Shown here: in pieces, positions 26,649 through 33,298 of the stretch
Layout: every line of letters begins with the position of its first letter
Position numbering within the stretch: position 1 is the first letter of the stretch
NCBI GenBank assembly: GCA_029212275.1
Contig: JARGOI010000002.1
Span: 1-33,298, forward strand
Length of the DNA stretch: 33,298 nt
Source: Thalassolituus sp.
GTDB taxonomy: Bacteria > Pseudomonadota > Gammaproteobacteria > Pseudomonadales > Oceanobacteraceae
Direction: 5' to 3'
The notes under the pieces: model-generated
The model's input: only the letters and a program-made list of their open reading frames with translations
What the model was told of the DNA's origin: nothing
Databases searched by the model: none
Position numbers and translations under genes: made by a program

Positions 26649-29600
26649 GTAGCTATTTTTCATCTTTGGTGAAGCAGTCTTTATCCCGTACAACTGAAGC
26701 GACTCTGAGTGTCTCCGGCATTGTTCACCCGGGATTGCGAGAGTATTTATCGCAACAGATGAATTCAGAGTGTGGGAAACCGGGTTCTTTTCTGGCTCCT
26801 CCAATGTTTGAGCAGACGTTTGGTTGGGCTCAGGCTGATACCACAATGCAGCAACTGGTTAACGACGGTTTGCTGAGCAAGGCGGTAGTGGGATCGCTAG
26901 ATAATAAAGATAATGGGCGCTATCGCTTTGGCGCTGACTGGAAACCATTTACGCATCAGCTGGCGAGCTGGCATTCCCTATTAGAAAAGAAGCATTCGGT
27001 AGTGGTTACCAGTGGTACAGGTTCAGGTAAAACCGAATGTTTTATGGTGCCTGTACTTGAAGATCTTCATCAATGTTACGAAGCAAACAATAGGGTACCG
27101 TTAGAAGGTATACATGCATTATTTCTCTATCCGTTGAACGCGTTGATCAACTCTCAGCGTGAGCGTCTGGATGCTTGGACTCAAGCCTTTGGTAATGGAA
27201 TTCGCTACTGTTTGTATAATGGTAATACGCCAGAATTGGCCGCTCGTGAAGTGGCCAAGCAGCGGTTACATCCGAACGAAGTTTTGACTCGTGAAACCAT
27301 GCGTGAAGCACCAGCTCCGATCTTGGTAACCAACGGTACCATGCTGGAATACATGATGGTGCGTCAGGTCGATGCGCCAATTCTGCAGAAGTCCAGGGAG
27401 AAGAAAACCCTACGTTGGATTGTACTTGATGAAGCACACACCTATGTTGGCTCCCAGGCTGCAGAGCTGGCGATGCAGCTACGGCGTGTTATGCATGCGT
27501 TTGGTGTTACACCGCAGGATGTTCGTTTTGTAGCAACATCTGCAACCATCTCGGGCGATGATGCAGCTGAAGAGTTGAAGGCATTCCTTAGTGATCTTTC
27601 CGGTGTTCCTACTAGCCAGATTGATGTGCTGGGGGGCAGTCGGGTTATTCCGGATTTGTGCACCAGTCTGGATAAGCCCGTTGATTTGGCAAGCCTAGAA
27701 GCTATGCAGCCGGAAAACAAAAAACAGCCAGAAGTTTTACCTGAACGTTATGAACTGCTGACGCATTCTCCGGAGGCCAGAGCATTACGCCATTGTCTGG
27801 TGACTAGTGACCGGCCTCTGAAACTCGACAAGCTGATGGGAGATTTAGCTGCTCAGGTTGGCCGTGGTTTCGGCCAGGATGAGCTGCTACGTTGGCTTGA
27901 TGTCTGTACGGCGACTAAGCCCCACAAGGGTGCCGAGTCTTTCCTGAAAGTACGTGCCCACTTCTTTCAGCGAACTACTCAGGGGATTTGGGCGTGCTTT
28001 GATCCTAACTGCTCTTGTAAAGAAAGCACTCCATTAGACAAGAACTGGCCGTACGGCATGGTTTATACAAACCAGCGTCAAAAGTGTGATTGCGGGGCGC
28101 TGGTATTTGAGTTGTCTTTCTGCAATGAGTGCAATGAGCCTCATCTACTGGCTAGGGATAAAAATGGGGTGCTCAGCCACTGGGATAGCCAGCAAGAAGA
28201 TGAGTTTTCCCTTCAAAGTGATGAAGATTTCTATGTCGAGGACGGGGGAAATGATGACCCCGGCAAACCTTCGGAGACTAATACTCCCTTAGTGCTTTCA
28301 TCCATCAATAACGAAGCAAACCAGTTCTGGCAAATGGGATTTGATCGCCTCTCAGGTGCTATTGGCGGTTTATCTGGAAATCTGGTCTCTCTGGGAATGA
28401 ATGATGTAGAGCCTTGCTGTTCAAGTTGCAGCTACAAAGGCTTTAACGGTAGCTCTCCATTTCGGCGTTCACTGCTTGGTTCTCCTTTTTATGTCGCCAA
28501 CGCAGTGCCGACAGTATTGGAGTACTGTCCAGATTATGAGGATGACGATTCTAAAGTAAGTTATCAAAACTTACCGGGTCGCGGACGCAGGCTTATCACG
28601 TTCACGGACAGCCGGCAGGGCACTGCTCGGATGTCAGTCCGGATGCAACAAGAAGCGGAAAGAAGCAAGCTTCGCGGCTTAGTTCTGGAATGTTTGTTTT
28701 CTGCACAAGCAGGCGTTTCGGTAGATAAACCAAACGATAAAGCAGATTTGGTGAAAATGAAGGATCGAATCGAGTCTGCCAAACAAGAGGCGGAAGAATA
28801 CCGGTCTTGGGGGATGCCACAAGAAGCATCTGAGTCTGAAAATAAAGCCCAACGGCTGCAGAATCAATTAGACAGCCTATCAGGAAAGCAGTTATCACTA
28901 CCTAAAGCGGAGGTTTTGTGGAGTGATTTGGCGGCAGAATTAAGCAAGAACAAACGAGATATTAATGAGTTCATGCTGGCAAGTAACAGGGATCAGAAAC
29001 CTGAAGTATTTGATGAAAAAACCGGGGCGCGGGCCTTGGCTGAAATGCTGCTTTTTCGCGAATTTATGCGTCGACCAAAGCGACAGAACAGTCTTGAAAC
29101 CCAGGGGCTGGTCGTAGTCGGTTACCAAGGCTTCTCGTCAGTGGCAACCATTCTGCCAAACGGTTGGGAGTCCAAAGGGCTTACCAAACAAGACTGGGCA
29201 GACTTTCTGAAGGTATGTCTGGACTTTCATGTTCGGGAAAACACCTTTGTGCAGCTTAACGACAGCTGGAAATACTGGATTGGTAACAAGTTCTCTTCGA
29301 AAACCCTGCGCAGTCCGGACTCTGAAGAGTCTACGGATTCTCGAATCAAATTGTGGCCATTGATTCGTGGTAATAGCTACAACCAGCGTTTGATCAAGTT
29401 ACTACTGCTGGGGGCAAAGTTGGACCCGGCTCGTAAGGATGCCCAGGACCTGGTCAATGACTGGCTACGACATGCCTGGAAATCATTAACTGGGCCTAAC
29501 GGTTTTCTGATAAGTGATGACAATCGTCATTTTCTTGTGAAAGAGAATCTGACGTTTTCTCTGATGACGGAAGGTTGGGTATGTCCGGTAACGCATAAAA

Positions 29601-32600
29601 TCATTGATAATACCTTTTGTGGCCTTACCCCTTACTTGCCGCAACGTCTGGATTTCGAAAAGCTGACAGACGAAAAGCGTGCTCACTATCTTTGCCGGAA
29701 AGCTGAACTGCCAGAGATCTGGCACTTTAGGCGCTCTGACGAGGATTATCAAAAGGGCGTTACCAAAATACGCGATATGGTTGCCAATGATCCAACAGTA
29801 GCTGTATTGCGTTCTGAGAACCTTTGGACTGATATCAACGACAGGGCGGTAGAAGGTGGATTTTATTATCGTTCTGCAGAGCACTCGGCCCAGCAATCTG
29901 CTGATCGCTTAGGCAAATATGAAGACCTGTTCAAGCAAGGAAAAATCAACGTTCTCAACTGTTCAACCACTATGGAAATGGGGGTAGACATTGGTGGTAT
30001 CTCAGCGGTAGTGATGAATAATGTCCCGCCGCATCCTGCCAACTATCTTCAGCGTGCTGGTCGAGCGGGACGTAGTCAGGAATCACGTGCGTTGGCTTAC
30101 ACCCTTTGTAAGGGTAATCCTCATGATCAGCAAGTATTTACCGATCCCCTTTGGCCATTTGAAACAAAAATTCCTGCACCTGCTGTAGCACTGAACTCAG
30201 AGCGGCTGGTTCAGAGACATATAAACGCTATTCTGCTGTCAGACTTCCTATGCAACGATGTTGGTGTTACCCAAAAAGATAAACACGTACTGACAACCGG
30301 CTGGTTCTTCGAAAAATTAGCGGATGATTCACTGTGTGATCGATTTATGGATTCCCTAAAAGGCATTGGTAGAGCTGAGTTAGATAGTGCTTTGGCGTCT
30401 GCCGTCTTAGGAACTGGGTTGCACGGTCGTAAGGCATCTCAATTACGAATTGACGCCAAAGACGCACTTGAGAAACTTCAGGATCGTTGGCTGGGTGTAT
30501 TTAATTATCTGGAAAGCGAGAAAGGGTCGGCTAAAAAAGACAGCCCCTACGCTAAACGCCTAGAATTAGAGCTAAAGCGCCATATGGGCGAATACCTATT
30601 GCGCGACTTAGCCGCACGTACTTTTTTACCGGGATATGGATTTCCAACCGACGTTGTTAACTTCGATAACTTTACGATCGAAGATTACATCCGTACTCAA
30701 AAACAAAAAGAGACGAAGAAAGATCGGGAAGACAATATATCCCGATATAAGGGACTTCCTTCTCGAAATTTGGCCATTGCCATTCGCGAATACGCACCTG
30801 GAGCAGAAATTGTTTTGGATGGCAGGGTCTTTCGCTCTGCGGGCGTTTCCTTGCATTGGCATAACATTGCCGCTGATAGTAATGAAGCTCAGAAGTTTGA
30901 TTTGGCCTGGCGTTGTGATCGATGCGGTGAATTAGGCTACGAAGATGGCGTTACGAATAGTGATTCCTTGGTTTGTCGTAACAGTAGCTGTGGCGCTCCG
31001 ATAAAGCTATCCAATATCAAGAAGGTGCTTGTTCCTGCTGGATTTGTGACGGATGCCTATGAATCGACTACGAATAACGTTGAGCAACAGAAATTCATTC
31101 CTGTACAACAACCGTGGGTCATTGTTAAAGATGTTCCTCCAGTGGCCTTGCCTGACCCCGCTTTAGGTTTTATGCGCTCGGGCCCCGATGGCATGGTTTT
31201 CCACCATAGTGATGGTGAGTTCGGTAAAGGTTTTGCTGTGTGTATGCAGTGTGGTCGTGCGCACTCCATGGATAAAAATGGTGAATTTCCACACGAGTTT
31301 AATACCGCTCGACCGCACAGATCTCCACGTCCTGCCAAAGAGGATCGCTATGAGGAAAATGGTAAACACAAAATTGCTGAGTGTGGTGGACAGGGTACGC
31401 TGCAAACTAAGATCACGTTGGGCGCTCATAGCAAAACCGACGTCTTTGAATTGGTATTGCGCCGACCAGCCAGTAATGAATACCTGATTGATGACGGTGA
31501 AAGTGGCGATAATCGTTCGATCGCTTTGACATTAGCGGTGGCTTTACGATTTGCCTTGGCAGGTAAACTTGGTATTTCTGCCTCAGAACTGGGCTTCGGC
31601 ACCAGACCTGCCCAGATTGATGGTAAACCGGTGCTGGTCATTCAGCTCTATGATGAGTTGAGTGGCGGTGCTGGTTTTGCTTCCGCTGCTCCTGATTACA
31701 TAGAAGATATATTGGTGGATATGGCCAATCGCCTTCAGTGCGCTCACTGTGATACTGCATGCAGTGAATGTTTGTTGGACTCATTAACACGCCACCATCA
31801 TGACAGGCTCGATCATAGTGCGGCTTTATCCTGGCTTGGAGAAGACTTCTCTCGTCGCATTCAATTGCCCGAATCAGAACAATTACTTCCAGGCGGGAAA
31901 TACCAGCCCCGGTCAGTTGAAGGTGTTATTCAGAAAGGTATTCGTGAGGGAGCCAATAAGCTTGTTGTTCGTGTGACAGGTGAGCAAGCCGACTGGGACC
32001 TTGCCGCAAGGCAGTTTCGTAAGGCACTTCACAATTATCTCTGGGCTGATGAGATTCAGGTTGATTTGCTTTTGCCAGAGAATATTCAGTCGAAGGAGTT
32101 ACAAGAAGACCTGCTAGCGCTGAAAGCTACAGGGGTTCAGTTGCGTACCTTGAAGGAGGAGGCAGGGTTAGCGCTTGTAGCTCAACTGCAATTTCCAGAT
32201 AAGGTTTTGAGTATCGCTGCCAGTGAATCATCTGCCAGTATCCCTGGTGTTGACTGGCACCAAAGCGGCGGCTTAACCGTTGTTAGTGATACGCTTAATA
32301 AACTTGATAGCCGCGAGCTCGATACGTCGAGGTGGATAGATCCGCGATCAGAGTCATCGTTTTCCGCTAGAAACCTTGAGATCAGAAATGAACTTGATGG
32401 AAACCTTCGAAACTTTGGAAAACGCTTCTGGGATTATTTGTCTGAAGAGGTTGAGGGGCTTGCCAGTTGCCTGAACAGTGATGAAATTGCTGTTACTGCA
32501 ATGTCGTATACTGATCGCTACCTGCAATCACCAGCTTACATATTGATGTTAACGAGCATTCTAGCCCCGATTGCCGAGAAACTGGCTGCTGATAAAAACG

Positions 32601-32986
32601 GATCATTAAAGACGTTATTTAAAATGAAAGATCGTAGCGGCCATTTGATGTTTCACGATTGGGCAGAGGACGATCATTTCGAAGAGTTCACAAAAGCCTG
32701 GCTACTGGACCAGTGTCGTGTGAATTTTGACCTTGACGTCGTTAACGCTAATCGGGATATCCCTCATCATCGTAAACTTGAAATTAAATTGTCCGATGGT
32801 CGGACTTTAATCGTCCGATTTGATCAGGGCGTTGGTTATTGGCGTGTGGAAGGAAATTCCAAGTTTGATTTTTCTGAAGATGTTGATTATCTAGTGGGAA
32901 CGACTAAAGATCGAATTGGATCGCTCAAGGTTCGCAGCCTTGAATCATGGGCAACGGATATATCAGTCGAGATCGTGAATGTATAG
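26645..32986 (+). CDS. druE: Druantia type III DruE: DEAH-box SF2 helicase with DUF1998/Zn-binding domain
   Basis: PFTHQ, TSGTGSGKTE, YPLNALINSQ, LDEAH, SAT, STTMEMGVDIG, QRAGRAGR, several CxxC clusters, and DUF1998-type 'LYD..SGGAGFA...CAHCDTACSECL'. Confidence 0.88.
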   Translation: MSSYFSSLVKQSLSRTTEATLSVSGIVHPGLREYLSQQMNSECGKPGSFLAPPMFEQTFGWAQADTTMQQLVNDGLLSKAVVGSLDNKDNGRYRFGADWKPFTHQLASWHSLLEKKHSVVVTSGTGSGKTECFMVPVLEDLHQCYEANNRVPLEGIHALFLYPLNALINSQRERLDAWTQAFGNGIRYCLYNGNTPELAAREVAKQRLHPNEVLTRETMREAPAPILVTNGTMLEYMMVRQVDAPILQKSREKKTLRWIVLDEAHTYVGSQAAELAMQLRRVMHAFGVTPQDVRFVATSATISGDDAAEELKAFLSDLSGVPTSQIDVLGGSRVIPDLCTSLDKPVDLASLEAMQPENKKQPEVLPERYELLTHSPEARALRHCLVTSDRPLKLDKLMGDLAAQVGRGFGQDELLRWLDVCTATKPHKGAESFLKVRAHFFQRTTQGIWACFDPNCSCKESTPLDKNWPYGMVYTNQRQKCDCGALVFELSFCNECNEPHLLARDKNGVLSHWDSQQEDEFSLQSDEDFYVEDGGNDDPGKPSETNTPLVLSSINNEANQFWQMGFDRLSGAIGGLSGNLVSLGMNDVEPCCSSCSYKGFNGSSPFRRSLLGSPFYVANAVPTVLEYCPDYEDDDSKVSYQNLPGRGRRLITFTDSRQGTARMSVRMQQEAERSKLRGLVLECLFSAQAGVSVDKPNDKADLVKMKDRIESAKQEAEEYRSWGMPQEASESENKAQRLQNQLDSLSGKQLSLPKAEVLWSDLAAELSKNKRDINEFMLASNRDQKPEVFDEKTGARALAEMLLFREFMRRPKRQNSLETQGLVVVGYQGFSSVATILPNGWESKGLTKQDWADFLKVCLDFHVRENTFVQLNDSWKYWIGNKFSSKTLRSPDSEESTDSRIKLWPLIRGNSYNQRLIKLLLLGAKLDPARKDAQDLVNDWLRHAWKSLTGPNGFLISDDNRHFLVKENLTFSLMTEGWVCPVTHKIIDNTFCGLTPYLPQRLDFEKLTDEKRAHYLCRKAELPEIWHFRRSDEDYQKGVTKIRDMVANDPTVAVLRSENLWTDINDRAVEGGFYYRSAEHSAQQSADRLGKYEDLFKQGKINVLNCSTTMEMGVDIGGISAVVMNNVPPHPANYLQRAGRAGRSQESRALAYTLCKGNPHDQQVFTDPLWPFETKIPAPAVALNSERLVQRHINAILLSDFLCNDVGVTQKDKHVLTTGWFFEKLADDSLCDRFMDSLKGIGRAELDSALASAVLGTGLHGRKASQLRIDAKDALEKLQDRWLGVFNYLESEKGSAKKDSPYAKRLELELKRHMGEYLLRDLAARTFLPGYGFPTDVVNFDNFTIEDYIRTQKQKETKKDREDNISRYKGLPSRNLAIAIREYAPGAEIVLDGRVFRSAGVSLHWHNIAADSNEAQKFDLAWRCDRCGELGYEDGVTNSDSLVCRNSSCGAPIKLSNIKKVLVPAGFVTDAYESTTNNVEQQKFIPVQQPWVIVKDVPPVALPDPALGFMRSGPDGMVFHHSDGEFGKGFAVCMQCGRAHSMDKNGEFPHEFNTARPHRSPRPAKEDRYEENGKHKIAECGGQGTLQTKITLGAHSKTDVFELVLRRPASNEYLIDDGESGDNRSIALTLAVALRFALAGKLGISASELGFGTRPAQIDGKPVLVIQLYDELSGGAGFASAAPDYIEDILVDMANRLQCAHCDTACSECLLDSLTRHHHDRLDHSAALSWLGEDFSRRIQLPESEQLLPGGKYQPRSVEGVIQKGIREGANKLVVRVTGEQADWDLAARQFRKALHNYLWADEIQVDLLLPENIQSKELQEDLLALKATGVQLRTLKEEAGLALVAQLQFPDKVLSIAASESSASIPGVDWHQSGGLTVVSDTLNKLDSRELDTSRWIDPRSESSFSARNLEIRNELDGNLRNFGKRFWDYLSEEVEGLASCLNSDEIAVTAMSYTDRYLQSPAYILMLTSILAPIAEKLAADKNGSLKTLFKMKDRSGHLMFHDWAEDDHFEEFTKAWLLDQCRVNFDLDVVNANRDIPHHRKLEIKLSDGRTLIVRFDQGVGYWRVEGNSKFDFSEDVDYLVGTTKDRIGSLKVRSLESWATDISVEIVNV

Positions 32987-33147
32987 CATTATGGTCGTAG
33001 GTTTTGACTGTCTAAGGCCTCTTTGACCAGCGGAATAAGTGTTCAGTGCAATATGTCAAACATTGTTCTGTGAGGTTAATGATCGCTGCGGCCTCTGAGT
33101 GTCCGATGGCGGGTAGTGATCATTAGTTTTATATGTTTAAACAGGCA

Positions 33148-33180
33148 TGGTCCCCAAATGGTCTCAATTTGGTCTCAACT
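33148..33180. repeat. Three 11-bp direct repeats, probable integrase arm-type binding sites
   Basis: TGGTCCCCAAA / TGGTCTCAATT / TGGTCTCAACT, ~45 bp inside the tRNA 3' end. Confidence 0.65.
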
Positions 33181-33223
33181 AAGATTTTGTAAGCAGTCAC
33201 TTACTTGGGAGGCCTTGAAATGT

Positions 33224-33298
<75 letters not shown>

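Noticed and set aside
26645-32986. Calling the large helicase ZorD
   Set aside because: It has DEAH/DUF1998 architecture and ~2100 aa with a DruH-like partner, not the SNF2 + Mrr-like architecture of ZorD

Overview
A tRNA-anchored defence island from a gammaproteobacterium. The left end has the 5' part of an Arm-domain (DUF3596-type) tyrosine integrase, an excisionase-like gene and a divergent Cro/XRE repressor. The right end has three arm-type repeats and a tRNA-Arg(CCG) whose 3' end faces the island. Cargo block 1 is a sigma54 enhancer-binding protein with an RtcR/CARF-like N-terminus and a sigma54 -24/-12 site, then RavA-like MoxR ATPase, ViaA-like vWA protein, HEPN protein, type I R-M (hsdR, hsdM, hsdS) and a 5'-nucleotidase. 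Block 2 is an AT-rich, probably plasmid-derived insert next to a truncated second nucleotidase. It carries an 8-bp tandem repeat, a DnaA box, a pair of NrdR-like boxes over a sigma70 promoter, a switchable multi-stem leader with signals for an antisense RNA, two microproteins absent from the ORF track, and a resolvase remnant. Block 3 is a second sigma54-like site, an MBL-fold hydrolase with a 4-TM protein, a small ORF, then zorA, zorB and zorC with no zorD, running directly into Druantia type III (druH, druE). All family calls come from motif recognition and recalled family knowledge. No database search or folding program was run.
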